Of a stretch of DNA of 64,000 nt, positions 18,601 to 26,900 are shown piece after piece. How positions within the stretch are numbered: position 1 is the stretch's first letter; each line of letters begins with the position of its first letter. The notes under the pieces are model-generated. The model was not told the DNA's origin and did not search any database. It saw only the letters and a program-made list of their open reading frames with translations. A program made the translations under genes and the position numbers. Location: assembly GCA_963744995.1 (NCBI GenBank), contig CAVUWA010000011.1, positions 384,001-448,000 of the forward strand. The letters run 5' to 3'. Origin of the DNA: Candidatus Eiseniibacteriota bacterium (GTDB taxonomy: Bacteria > Eisenbacteria > RBG-16-71-46).

Positions 18601-18763
18601 GCGTCCAGGCACCCTGCGCCTGCGCGAGCGGCGTGCGAGCGCCCGCCAGCATGGAAGCGACGAACAGCGTGAGGATCAACGAGCGAAAAAACCGTCCTCC
18701 GGTGCCGGCCCGATCCGTCGGAGATGTGGGAGCGGGCAGCGGCGCACCAAACAGGGGGGTCAT
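15680..18763 (-). CDS. Large secreted protein: glycoside-hydrolase-like TIM barrel, beta-rich middle and C-terminal FlgD-Ig/T9SS-CTD-like domain
   Basis: Signal peptide; YMLWDEP, GTDLYPF, PFWII and GAKGIIWFTY resemble GH clan-A-like barrels; C-terminus TPNP...VDVAGRRV...GIYFIR; RBS GAGGAG. Confidence 0.75.
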   Translation of the reverse strand: MTPLFGAPLPAPTSPTDRAGTGGRFFRSLILTLFVASMLAGARTPLAQAQGAWTQTQFMIGTFVDPHTPDGVLSPAQNAAALHINLMTGVPISGGAGLYPKLDAAAATGMVALASDGSFSGQQAYRRPYTPSAGEAVFVNYRSLSPERNAALEGYMLWDEPLFDSPDTWNDIKDWTGAMHDEDVARNDGRYRAVYVNMHSGCNNPGDPNCYPAYLDSVLNDPDPNRRPDVSGTDLYPFNTSTPYTTGNYFRPMKLLRQALGSRPFWIISKMDEGIVGSSSLPPDANQLRFMTFGPVAAGAKGIIWFTYRNDCAWGFCWYDAMMNEGEIPTYKTDLVRPIDRYLRNVLGPVVMSSDHLGLFHQSTTPTGSIDVDASTDLLSTGGVGMPVLSLGNDNLAVGIFRPQAAPDEYYLLVINKSLFPASGTVTLAQAYAVTRAPSVVGYVGGTSYTPVTSGSTFPVSLAGGEGQLFRLTTTATLDYAVSISAGADRWLPGQSRSVQWTDFGSPADVEIYPDPQFGTTDISGPHAVAASGVLGGQALITMPNIGSNRARLVVRSLGTDGVSRSVVHDQVISTATFNQQTSTFQLVGPSERISQPALVIRSSGQHVLAYRGAYGQPMLAKYNGSEWTVEEVYPWVVQWPRPLVDVMGQDHVAYFKVESGMAVDAFRFGGSWVEMPLYDTGATATTGGLPSNTASILESFLAPNGDQYIIFNAGPAGGGQLKIHYRGAYDLIPVPWGGLRSASNPRSISAAVDPSGVLWVAFVEDAGATKAIRVMKYFVSSETVSLSMTGNFEHVALLLDSAGKPRIAYSEVTGSDGSTTLFYRQYDTSWQAPVTVDATPGTIDGVAMTWNGSNATIAYTGNGLARQAMQSGANWNVLPVEAVSDAVGPIQVGYNGTTSRWIAYGLPAAGGVRVVAPPQGGGGAPCQPCDPCDPCPILPAITLQTPNPLTSGETIAFDLRLPRDATFEAHLVDVAGRRVAEGMKVGLAAGNHRQTMRLTGVRPGIYFIRYRIGSEPFRTSRVVLLR

Positions 18764-18794
18764 GGCGCTTCTCCTCGTGGTTGAGTGGCGACCA

Positions 18795-18813
18795 AGCAGG
18801 ATTAAATCCTGCT
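18795..18813. promoter_or_regulatory. Perfect 9-1-9 palindrome AGCAGGATT-A-AATCCTGCT (candidate operator)
   Basis: Lies about 30 nt upstream of the ATG at 18763, in an AT-rich intergenic segment. Confidence 0.55.
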
Positions 18814-18933
18814 AAGCCAACTTGCAACCGTCATCGCACACATCACGACAACAGGAGGAGATTAGGACCCCATCCAGAAATAAATCTCAAGCGGTTTGTT
18901 GGATGAAATGAGCCGTGGCGACCAACGGACCAT

Positions 18934-19791
18934 TCAAGCCTGCCCCTTGCCCTTCTTCTTCCCGCAGTTGCAGTCGCCGCACTTGTGGTACGGCCCCGGC
19001 GGCAGGTCGGCGTAGGCCACCCGGTGCACGCCACCCTCGTCGTCCCTGATCCATACCGCGTCCTGGTAGAACTCCGTGCGGATCACCGTGCACACGCCCT
19101 GGCCGGTCTTGAGCTTGGCCCCGACCGGCGGCATTTTCTCGGCGGAGTCACGATACAGGCTCAGCTCGTAGGAAAGACAGCACATCAGCCGCCCGCAGGC
19201 GCCCGAGATTTTGCTCGGGTTGAGCGACAGCTGCTGCTCGCGCGCCATCTTGAGCGTCACCGGATGGAAGTCCTGCAGCCAGGTCGAGCAGCAGAACGCG
19301 CGCCCGCACGGGCCGCAGCCGTCGAGCCGCTTGGCCTGGTCGCGGACGCCGATCTGGCGCAGCTCGATGCGGCACTGGAAACGCGAGGCCAGGTCCTTCA
19401 CCAGCTCGCGGAAGTCCACGCGCCGCTCGGCCGAGAAGTAGATCGTGAGCCGGCGGCCGTTGAATCCCATCTCGGCCTCGACCAGCTCCATCTTCAGCTC
19501 GCGCAACTCGATCCGTTCCCGGCAGTAGACCAGGGCGTCCTTCTCGATCCGCCGGTTCCGGTCGTCCTGATCGAGGTCCTCCTCGGTGGCCTTGCGCAGG
19601 ATTTCGCGCGTCACGTTGCCGGGACGCTTGAGCTCGACCAGCTTCGGGTCCTTGAGGTGCACGCGGCCGAACTGTTCGCCGTGCTCGTTCTGGAGGATGA
19701 CCGGGTCGCGCAGGCGCAGCCACAGGCTGCGCGAGTTCAGGTAGAAGCCCTTCTGCGACCCGCGCAGGGCGACCTGAATGATCTCTGCCAT
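18934..19791 (-). CDS. ricT: PSP1/RicT (YaaT) family Fe-S regulatory protein
   Basis: RVDFRELVKDLA, RIELRQIGVRD, GPCGR..CCSTW, SLNPSKISG.CGRLMCCL.YE. Confidence 0.92.
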   Translation of the reverse strand: MAEIIQVALRGSQKGFYLNSRSLWLRLRDPVILQNEHGEQFGRVHLKDPKLVELKRPGNVTREILRKATEEDLDQDDRNRRIEKDALVYCRERIELRELKMELVEAEMGFNGRRLTIYFSAERRVDFRELVKDLASRFQCRIELRQIGVRDQAKRLDGCGPCGRAFCCSTWLQDFHPVTLKMAREQQLSLNPSKISGACGRLMCCLSYELSLYRDSAEKMPPVGAKLKTGQGVCTVIRTEFYQDAVWIRDDEGGVHRVAYADLPPGPYHKCGDCNCGKKKGKGQA

Positions 19792-20139
19792 GGGACACCT
19801 GTATGCGCGGTCGTGGCGCCGCGCGGACGCCGGCGGGGGCCGGCGATTCTGAGACGGAGACGATCCGGTCCCGGGTGCCGTGGGAAGCGAGGGTGCGAAG
19901 CGGGCACGCGGTCCGGCTATGAGCAGCCCCGGCGCTCCGGCGCCGATCGGCGTCGCGAGATCCATCCGGGGTCGGAATCGGCCCAAGGATAGCGCAGGGG
20001 GGGTGGGATTTCAGCCGGGGGCGGGTGGCCCCGGGGCCACCTGCGCCCGGCGGCCCCGGCGGGTGGCCCGTCCCGGGGCGGAATCGCGCCTTTGCCGGCA
20101 GGCCCCCCCGCACCGAGAGGCCGCCACTCCGGAGGCGCC

Positions 20140-20922
20140 ATGAACGCCCGGTTCGCATGTCTCGGCCTGATCGGCGCCCTGATGCCGGTCGCCGTGGAGG
20201 TTCCGGTGGACAGCAGCGGAGGCTACGCCGGGGTCACCCGCGTCCACGTGGCCGGCGGCGGCGGCTCGTACGCTTTCGTCGCGCGCGGCTGCGAGGGAGA
20301 GGTCATCGACACCGTCCCCGCGCGGTTCGAGGACGTGGGCGTCTCGCTCGAGCATCGCATCGGCGAGGGGCCGCTCGTGCTCGGCGTGCGCGGCGGGCGG
20401 GTCCGGCATCGGATCGGCATGCCGGAGGACACGTCCCGCTTCCAGGGGGTGCCCGTGGATGCCGTCGTCGACAACGCCTACGTCAATCCGTACGCCTCGA
20501 TCGAGCGCCCGGAAGGCGGATTCGGAGTCGGCTGGGTCTTCCATCGGAACGAGTTCATCACCGCCGGCGAGCACGCGCGCGAGCAGCTGGATCATCCGAT
20601 GAACGACCTGAGCGCGCACCTGCGCGTCGGGTACCCGCGGGCGAACCACTTCGACATTCAATGGATGGAGGGCGTTCCGCTGGCCTCCAGCGGCGGATAC
20701 TTCACCGCGCTGCTGGGCGGCCCGCTGCGTGACGATCCGCACTGGATCATGCACGGCGGCCTGGGGGCGGGAGGCCCGTACGAGGGCGCCGGGCTGGCGC
20801 TGCGGATCGAGCACCTCGACGACAGCGGGCTGTCGCTCGACGTTTCGACCCGGCTCGGCCACAGCGGCAATCGCGCTCAGTGGGGCGCGGCGCTCGGCGT
20901 TTCGTATACAGTGCGCCCATGA
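20140..20922 (+). CDS. Hypothetical protein, probable outer-membrane beta-barrel
   Basis: GGAGG RBS, amphipathic beta-strands, C-terminal WGAALGVSYT; ATGA-coupled to the next gene. Confidence 0.6.
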   Translation: MNARFACLGLIGALMPVAVEVPVDSSGGYAGVTRVHVAGGGGSYAFVARGCEGEVIDTVPARFEDVGVSLEHRIGEGPLVLGVRGGRVRHRIGMPEDTSRFQGVPVDAVVDNAYVNPYASIERPEGGFGVGWVFHRNEFITAGEHAREQLDHPMNDLSAHLRVGYPRANHFDIQWMEGVPLASSGGYFTALLGGPLRDDPHWIMHGGLGAGGPYEGAGLALRIEHLDDSGLSLDVSTRLGHSGNRAQWGAALGVSYTVRP

Positions 20923-21992
20923 GCGATCGCCTCGACGCATTCGTCCGTGATGCGCTGGCGCGCGGCGCGACCCGTGAGCAGATTCGGGACGCGCTCGGCG
21001 CCGCCGGCTGGCCCGCGGCCGAGATCGAGGCTGCGCTCGCCGCGTGGCACGACACCACGTTCGGCGTGCCCGCGCCAAAGCGCCGCGTGCAGACCAGCGC
21101 GCGCGAGGCGTTCCTGTATCTCGTCATGTTCGCCACGCTGTACGTGGTGGCGTTCCACGTCGGCGCGCTGCTGTTCACCGGGATCGAGCGGTGGTTCCCG
21201 GATCCGGCCTTCTATGCGCGCTGGTCTGCGGGACTCCAGGGGGTGCGCGCGTCGACCGCGGCGTTGCTGATCGCTTTCCCGGTGTTCGCGCTGGTCGCGC
21301 GCCACATCGGCGGGCTGATTGCGCGCGAGCCCGAGAAGCGCGCCTCGGGCATCCGGCGCTGGCTCACCTGGCTCACGCTGTTCCTCGCCGCGCTGGTGCT
21401 GATCGGGGATCTGGTCGTGGTCGTCACCCAGCTGCTGTCGGGCGAGCTGGCGGCGCGCTTCGTGCTGAAGTGCGCGGTGGTCTTCGCGATCGCCGGCATG
21501 GTATTCGGCCACTACTTCGCGCGCATGCGCAGCGACGAGGCCGAGGGGCCGCCGCCCGCGCCGTGGACGGGCTGGATCGCGCGGGCGGCCGCCGTCGCGG
21601 TGCCGCTGGTGGCGGTGCTGGGCCTGTGGATGGCGGGCTCGCCGGTGGTGGCGCGCTCGTACGCGATCGACGACCGTCGCGCGCAGGAGCTCCAGGAGAT
21701 CCAGAACGCCGTGAACCGGCACTACTCCGATTTCGGCGTTCTTCCGGACAGTCTGGGCACGCTACGCGGCCCGAACCCCGGAACCCGCGTGCCCGATCTG
21801 CGCGATCCGGTGACGGGCGCGCCGTACGAATATCGCGTGCTCGAACCGCGGCATTACGAACTGTGCGCGACGTTCGAGCGAAAGTCGTCGGAGGACGAGG
21901 CCCGCGCCCGCGGCGTGTACGGCGACTTCTGGCGCCATCCGGCGGGACGTGCGTGCTATACGATCGTCGTGCCGGAGAAGCCGCGGCCGTAG
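20919..21992 (+). CDS. DUF5671-like membrane protein with pilin-like C-terminal domain
   Basis: SAREAFLYL..F..LY, IRRWLTWLTLFLAA...IGDL, C-terminal LP.SL..L...DP.TG.PYEY...YELCATF. Confidence 0.75.
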   Translation: MSDRLDAFVRDALARGATREQIRDALGAAGWPAAEIEAALAAWHDTTFGVPAPKRRVQTSAREAFLYLVMFATLYVVAFHVGALLFTGIERWFPDPAFYARWSAGLQGVRASTAALLIAFPVFALVARHIGGLIAREPEKRASGIRRWLTWLTLFLAALVLIGDLVVVVTQLLSGELAARFVLKCAVVFAIAGMVFGHYFARMRSDEAEGPPPAPWTGWIARAAAVAVPLVAVLGLWMAGSPVVARSYAIDDRRAQELQEIQNAVNRHYSDFGVLPDSLGTLRGPNPGTRVPDLRDPVTGAPYEYRVLEPRHYELCATFERKSSEDEARARGVYGDFWRHPAGRACYTIVVPEKPRP

Positions 21993-22048
21993 CCATGCAT
22001 CGCAGCGCGGGGTCGGGGCTTCACGCCCGTCCCGCGCCCGCGGGTCGC

Positions 22049-22645
22049 CTATCGAAGACGCCGCGGCGTCCCCACCAGCCCGTCCAGCTCCGCCGTCAGG
22101 CTCTGCTCCGTCTCGTCCGACGCGCCCGAGTTCGCGTAGCGGATCCGGCCGTCGGCGTCGACCACCATCACGGTCGGATAGATCTGGATCTGGTGCGCGC
22201 GCACGATGGTGCTGTCGGCGTCGGGGATCACCGTCAGGTCGAAGTGGCGCTGCGCCATGAAGCGGCGCACGTACTCGACCTGACGCTCGCGCGGGCGGAT
22301 CGATTCGACGTTCACCGTGACGAACCGCACGGGGCGCCCGGCGTAGCGTTGCTCGAGCCTCTGCAGCCGCGACAGCCATGCGACGCACGGCGGGCACCAC
22401 GTGCCCCAGAAGTCGAGCACGACGACCTCGCCGCGCATCGCGCGCATCGACAGGGTGTCGCCGTCGAGCGTGACGGCGGTCCAGTCGGGCGCGTCGGGGG
22501 GCAGCAACGGCGCGCGGTGCGCGGGGTTCCACAGCGAGCGCGCCTGCGGTTCGAGGGTCGCGTGCTGCGCGCGACGCCCGGACGTTGCCGCGCGGGCCTG
22601 CGGCGCGAGCACGGCGAGCGCGGCGACGATCAGAAGGGTGCGCAC
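22049..22645 (-). CDS. TlpA-family thiol-disulfide oxidoreductase (secreted)
   Basis: VVLDFWGTWCPPC, YPT cis-Pro loop, signal peptide from GTG 22645. Confidence 0.9.
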   Translation of the reverse strand: MRTLLIVAALAVLAPQARAATSGRRAQHATLEPQARSLWNPAHRAPLLPPDAPDWTAVTLDGDTLSMRAMRGEVVVLDFWGTWCPPCVAWLSRLQRLEQRYAGRPVRFVTVNVESIRPRERQVEYVRRFMAQRHFDLTVIPDADSTIVRAHQIQIYPTVMVVDADGRIRYANSGASDETEQSLTAELDGLVGTPRRLR

Positions 22646-22656
22646 GGCAGAACGTC

Positions 22657-23868
22657 TCAGTACGACCACCTCGCCGTCGAATGTTTCGGCCAGTCCAGTT
22701 CGTCGAAGCGCGTGCCGGCGACGCGCGACATGCCGGAGAACAGCGCCAGCTCGGGCGTCACGTTGCCGTCGATCGCGCGCACCATCTCCTCCAGCACCAT
22801 CAGGCGGCGGCGGATCTCCCCGGGGCTCAGGCGCTCGGCCTGGCGGCGGACCTCGGCCTCGCGGTCGCGGTTGACGAGCGACTCGCGCGGCGCGCCGCAG
22901 CTCGCGCGCAGCAGGTCGCGCAGCCAGAGCTGCTGGAACTCGACCATCTGTCGAAGCGTCTCGCGGCCGGCCCGGCCGAAGCGGGTGAACGACTGCGCCG
23001 CCTTCCAGAGCGCCGCGGTCTCGCCGCGCGCCGCGGGCTCGAGCATCGCGAGCGACTGGTTGCGGATCTCGATGGGATCCTCGTCGCGCAGCGCGAGCGC
23101 CTTCGCCAGCGAGCCCGCCGAGAGCGCCGCCAGCATGCGTGCCTCCCTGCCCGGCACGCCGACCTGCGATTGCAGGAACTCGATCACCAGATCCTCGGCG
23201 AGCGGCGCGAAGCGCACGCCCTGACAGCGCGAGCGAATGGTCGCCGGGATGCGCGCGAGCCGCGCGCTGGTGAGGACCCACACCGTGGTGTCGCCGGGCT
23301 CCTCGATCGACTTGAGCATCGCCGAATACTGATCCTCGCGCATGCGGTCGGCGTCGCGCACCACGACGACGCGGTGCTCGGCCTCGAACGGCTTGTAGGC
23401 CAGCTCGCGCAGCAGCTCGCGCGTGAGCGACAGGCGGATCGAGGCGGCGCGCTCGTAGGTGAAGACGAAGAACGGATCCTCACGCCACGCGGCGATGGTC
23501 TCGGCCACGGTGTTGTCGAGCTGGCGCTCTTCGCCCGACACGGGGAACAGGAACTTCAGGTCCGGGTGCTGCAGCGCCGCCGCCTTGGCGCACGCCTCGC
23601 AGTGGTCGCAGGCGTCGTCGGCGCCTCGTGCGGCCCCCGCGGCCGCATCGGCGCCGGCCTCGAACAGGCCCGGGGCGTTCGTTTTCGCCTTCGCGGCGCT
23701 GTGACACAGGATCGCGCGCGCGAACGCCAGCGCGGCGGTGCCCTTGCCGACACCCGGTGCGCCATGGAACAGGTAGGCGTTGGCGTAACGGCCGCGGGCC
23801 ACCACGCCGCGCAGGAATTCGGATGCGCGCGGCTGGCCGAGGAGTTCGTGCAGGGTGCAGGCGGGCAT
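22657..23868 (-). CDS. holB: DNA polymerase III delta-prime subunit
   Basis: AYLFHGAPGVGK, Zn module C...CDHCEAC, HPDL, LKSIEEP, TIRSRC. Confidence 0.9.
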   Translation of the reverse strand: MPACTLHELLGQPRASEFLRGVVARGRYANAYLFHGAPGVGKGTAALAFARAILCHSAAKAKTNAPGLFEAGADAAAGAARGADDACDHCEACAKAAALQHPDLKFLFPVSGEERQLDNTVAETIAAWREDPFFVFTYERAASIRLSLTRELLRELAYKPFEAEHRVVVVRDADRMREDQYSAMLKSIEEPGDTTVWVLTSARLARIPATIRSRCQGVRFAPLAEDLVIEFLQSQVGVPGREARMLAALSAGSLAKALALRDEDPIEIRNQSLAMLEPAARGETAALWKAAQSFTRFGRAGRETLRQMVEFQQLWLRDLLRASCGAPRESLVNRDREAEVRRQAERLSPGEIRRRLMVLEEMVRAIDGNVTPELALFSGMSRVAGTRFDELDWPKHSTARWSY

Positions 23869-24063
23869 GGCGCGAAAGTGTACATGCGCCGCGCGCGGCT
23901 GGCGAGCCCACTGCCAGCGTGGCAGTGCGGCCCCGCGCCTGGCAGCCCCGGCCCGCCTCGCCGCCCGTCAGGGGCGTGTCAGGTGGTGGCCTCCGGTGCC
24001 GCAAGCGTCTGTCAACGCGCAGGCAGCGAGGCCGCCGTTTTCCGGCGTGCGCGCCGATGTTCC

Positions 24064-24077
24064 GGCCCGGCAGTTGC
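24064..24077 (+). promoter_or_regulatory. Possible sigma-54 promoter of the poly-Q/porin pair
   Basis: GGCCCG-GCAG-TTGC(A), one mismatch to consensus, about 200 nt upstream of the ATG. Confidence 0.35.
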
Positions 24078-24284
24078 AGAACGACACCCCTGGCGGGCGC
24101 GCGCGGTCATGGAGCCGGTGGCGATGGCGCCCAGAGCGCGACGACCGAGGTCCGAGGCACGAGGAGGGCCATGCCATGACGGGGTGCGTCCCTCACCTGG
24201 GTCCAACCGACCGAGGTCACGCAACCGATCGACCGGTCCGCGCTCCACGCGCCGCGCGTCCCGCCGAGGAAAGGGGGAGGAGCG

Positions 24285-24779
24285 ATGAAACGTTTTGCGG
24301 CGGGGGTGGTGACGGGAGCCCTGCTGCTGGCCGTCGGGGCCCTCGCGCAGGGCCACGCACAGCAGAACATGCAGCAGCAGCAGCAACAGCAGCAGCAGCA
24401 ACAGCAGATGCAGAAGCAGCAGCAACAGCAGCAGCAGATGCAGCACATGCAGCAGGAGCCGAACCGTTACATGCGCATGCAGGCGTCCATGGAAGAGCTG
24501 GACGGCGTCATGACGCACATGCGCAACCTGAACCAGTGGATGAATCAGCACGACACCGAGCACGGGCTGCGCGAGATGGGTCAGGCCATGCTGCAGGCCG
24601 GCGAACGCATGCAGGTCATGCTCAAGACGGTGGATCAGATCTGCGAGAGCTGCGACAAGGCGCGCGACCGCGACCGCCTGCAGAAGATGGACCAGCTGCA
24701 GGACCAGCTGCGCACCATGACGCATCAGATGAAGCAGGCGCACGAGACGCTGTCGGAGATCGTCGGCGCACCCGCCTGA
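24285..24779 (+). CDS. Secreted Met/Gln-rich helical protein (poly-Q, 18 Met, CESC)
   Basis: Strong RBS GGAGGAG, signal peptide, coiled-coil-like composition. Confidence 0.85.
   Translation: MKRFAAGVVTGALLLAVGALAQGHAQQNMQQQQQQQQQQQQMQKQQQQQQQMQHMQQEPNRYMRMQASMEELDGVMTHMRNLNQWMNQHDTEHGLREMGQAMLQAGERMQVMLKTVDQICESCDKARDRDRLQKMDQLQDQLRTMTHQMKQAHETLSEIVGAPA
24372..24437 (+). repeat. CAG/CAA trinucleotide tract encoding Q12 and Q7 runs
   Basis: Visible directly in the sequence. Confidence 0.9.
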
Positions 24780-25594
24780 TCGGTACGCTGCTCGCCGTTT
24801 CGTGCTGGACGCTCCCTGTGCCGCCTGCTGCGGCACAGGGAGTTCGTTATGACACCGGCCTCTCGGTGGCTTCGGGTCAGTACGGCACGAGCGAGACCAC
24901 GACGTCCGTCGTGTGGAGCCACGGGCTCGCGTTCGAGGCCGGACGTTTCACGCTGCGCGCGACCATGCCCGTCATCGCCCAGCGCGGCGCCGCGGTGCTC
25001 ACCGCCGGCGGCAGCGTGCCGGGCGGGAGCGGCGAGGGGAGCGGCGGCATGATGAGCGGCGGCGCCATGGGCGGCAGGCCGCGCACCGCATTCGGCACCG
25101 ACACGGCGGTCGACGAGTATCGCGTGCGCGCGGGCGATCCCGTCGTCGCGGTCACGCTGCGTGTGTTTCATGACATGCGCACCATCGTGAGCGCGGGCGC
25201 CGCCGTGAAGGCGCCGCTCGCCGAGGCCGGCGACGTCGGTACCGGCGAGTGGGACGGCGGCGTCACGCTCGACGTTTCGCGCCACGTCGCCGGCCCGTGG
25301 TTCGCGGCGGCGAGCGGCGCGTGGTGGAAGCTCGGTGATCCGGCCGGGCTGGACCTCCGCGACCCCGTGTTCGGCTCGCTGATGCTGTCACGGATCGCCG
25401 GAGGCGGCGCCGCCGCGCTGACGCTGTCCGCGGGCACCGCGGTGGTGAAGGGTCTCGACCCGCCCGTCTCGGGCGGCGCGATGGTCTCGCGCGATCTCTG
25501 GGGCGGCAGCGCCGCCGTGTCGGCGGCGCTCGGCATGACCGACGCCGCGGCCGACTTCTCGCTCGGACTCGGCTGGGGCGTGAAGCTGCGCTAG
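24776..25594 (+). CDS. Probable outer-membrane beta-barrel/transporter with Met-rich loop
   Basis: Beta-strand pattern, GTGEWD motif, C-terminal FSLGLGWGVKLR. Start uncertain (CTG 24776 or GTG 24818). Confidence 0.65.
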   Translation: MIGTLLAVSCWTLPVPPAAAQGVRYDTGLSVASGQYGTSETTTSVVWSHGLAFEAGRFTLRATMPVIAQRGAAVLTAGGSVPGGSGEGSGGMMSGGAMGGRPRTAFGTDTAVDEYRVRAGDPVVAVTLRVFHDMRTIVSAGAAVKAPLAEAGDVGTGEWDGGVTLDVSRHVAGPWFAAASGAWWKLGDPAGLDLRDPVFGSLMLSRIAGGGAAALTLSAGTAVVKGLDPPVSGGAMVSRDLWGGSAAVSAALGMTDAAADFSLGLGWGVKLR

Positions 25595-25640
25595 ACCGCT
25601 TCACGAGCGGCAGGGCCCGGGCGGTGCCCGCCCGGCCGCG

Positions 25641-26900
25641 CTACCTCAACCACCCCCGCGGATCCAGCGCGCTGCCGCCCTGGCGCACCTCGAAGTGCAG
25701 CTCGGGGCCCTTGAGCGAACCGCTGTCGCCGACACGCCCGATCGTCGCGCCGGCTTCGACTTCCTGGCCGACGTTCACCAGGATCTCGGACAGGTGGCCG
25801 TAGAGCGTGTAGTAGCCGTCGCCGTGGTTCAGGATCACCATCTGGCCGTAGGTGCCGTAGTCCTCGCTGGTGTAGTCCACGCGCGCCTTCGCGACCGCGC
25901 GCACCGGCGTGCCGATCGCGGCCCGGATGTCGATGCCGTTGTTCATCGTCATCGTGCCCCACTTGGGGTGCTTCTCGGGCCCGAAGCTGCCGATCACCGT
26001 GCCGCGCACCGGCCAGTCGAGCTGGCCCTTGCCCTTCGGGAAGTCGCCGGTGTACGGGACCCCGCCGCGCTTGCGCCGCGCCTCGAGCTGGGCGAGCAGG
26101 TTCTTGATGTCGCGCGCGGTCTTCTCGAGCTCGGCCGCCGCGGCCTCGTAGGCCTGGCGCTGGGTCTTGATGCGGCTGACCGTGGCCGAGTGTTCCTCCT
26201 GCAGCGAGGCGAGGTGCCGGCGCTGCGCCGCGGTGCGGGCTTCGTTCTTCTGCACCTCGCCGAGCGTGACCTCGAGCTTCTGCTTCGCGGCTTCGACGTG
26301 CTCCTTGCGCGTGGTGACGTCCTCGAGCAGCAGGCGGTCCTGTTCGGCGACCATGACGAGGAAGTCCCAGCGCGCGAGCAGCTGCGGAATGCTGCGCGTC
26401 GAGAGCAGGTATTCCAGCTCGCGCGCGGCGCCCTGCTTGTACATGTTGCGCAGCCGCCGGGCGAGCTTGGCGCGCTGCTGCGCGAGCGAGATCTGCGCGC
26501 GTTCGAGGTTGACGCGCGTCTCCTCGAGGTCGCGATCCAGCTTGCGGCTGCTGGCCTGGAGCCCTTTCAGCCGCTTGCGCGTGGCGTTCAGGCTGCGCTC
26601 GGTGCGGCGCAGCTTGCCGATCTCGGTCTTCTCCTGTTTCTGCAGCTTGCCGGCCTGCGCGCGGTTCTCGCGGGCCTGGCGCTCGACCTCCTCGAGTTCC
26701 TGCCGCTTCTGCGCTTCGAGTGCGCGGTCGCGCTCGGCCTGGCGTTCGGCGTCGATGCTGTCCTGGCGCGCGCGCGCGGCGCGACGCACGGCTTCGAGAC
26801 TGTCGCGATTGACCTGGGAGGCGGCCGGAAGCGCGGCGACGCCGAGCGCGATGCACACCGCGCCGATCGCCCACATCCGCCGTCGGACCGCCGGAGTCAC
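25641..26900 (-). CDS. envC: EnvC-like coiled-coil/M23 murein hydrolase activator
   Basis: Long coiled coil plus LytM domain (LDWPVRG, NNGIDI, YGHL, LHFEVR); follows ftsEX. Confidence 0.88.
   Translation of the reverse strand: MTPAVRRRMWAIGAVCIALGVAALPAASQVNRDSLEAVRRAARARQDSIDAERQAERDRALEAQKRQELEEVERQARENRAQAGKLQKQEKTEIGKLRRTERSLNATRKRLKGLQASSRKLDRDLEETRVNLERAQISLAQQRAKLARRLRNMYKQGAARELEYLLSTRSIPQLLARWDFLVMVAEQDRLLLEDVTTRKEHVEAAKQKLEVTLGEVQKNEARTAAQRRHLASLQEEHSATVSRIKTQRQAYEAAAAELEKTARDIKNLLAQLEARRKRGGVPYTGDFPKGKGQLDWPVRGTVIGSFGPEKHPKWGTMTMNNGIDIRAAIGTPVRAVAKARVDYTSEDYGTYGQMVILNHGDGYYTLYGHLSEILVNVGQEVEAGATIGRVGDSGSLKGPELHFEVRQGGSALDPRGWLR

Noticed and set aside
24107..24448. Poly-cysteine ORF on the minus strand
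   Set aside because: It is the reverse complement of the CAG tract of the poly-Q gene.
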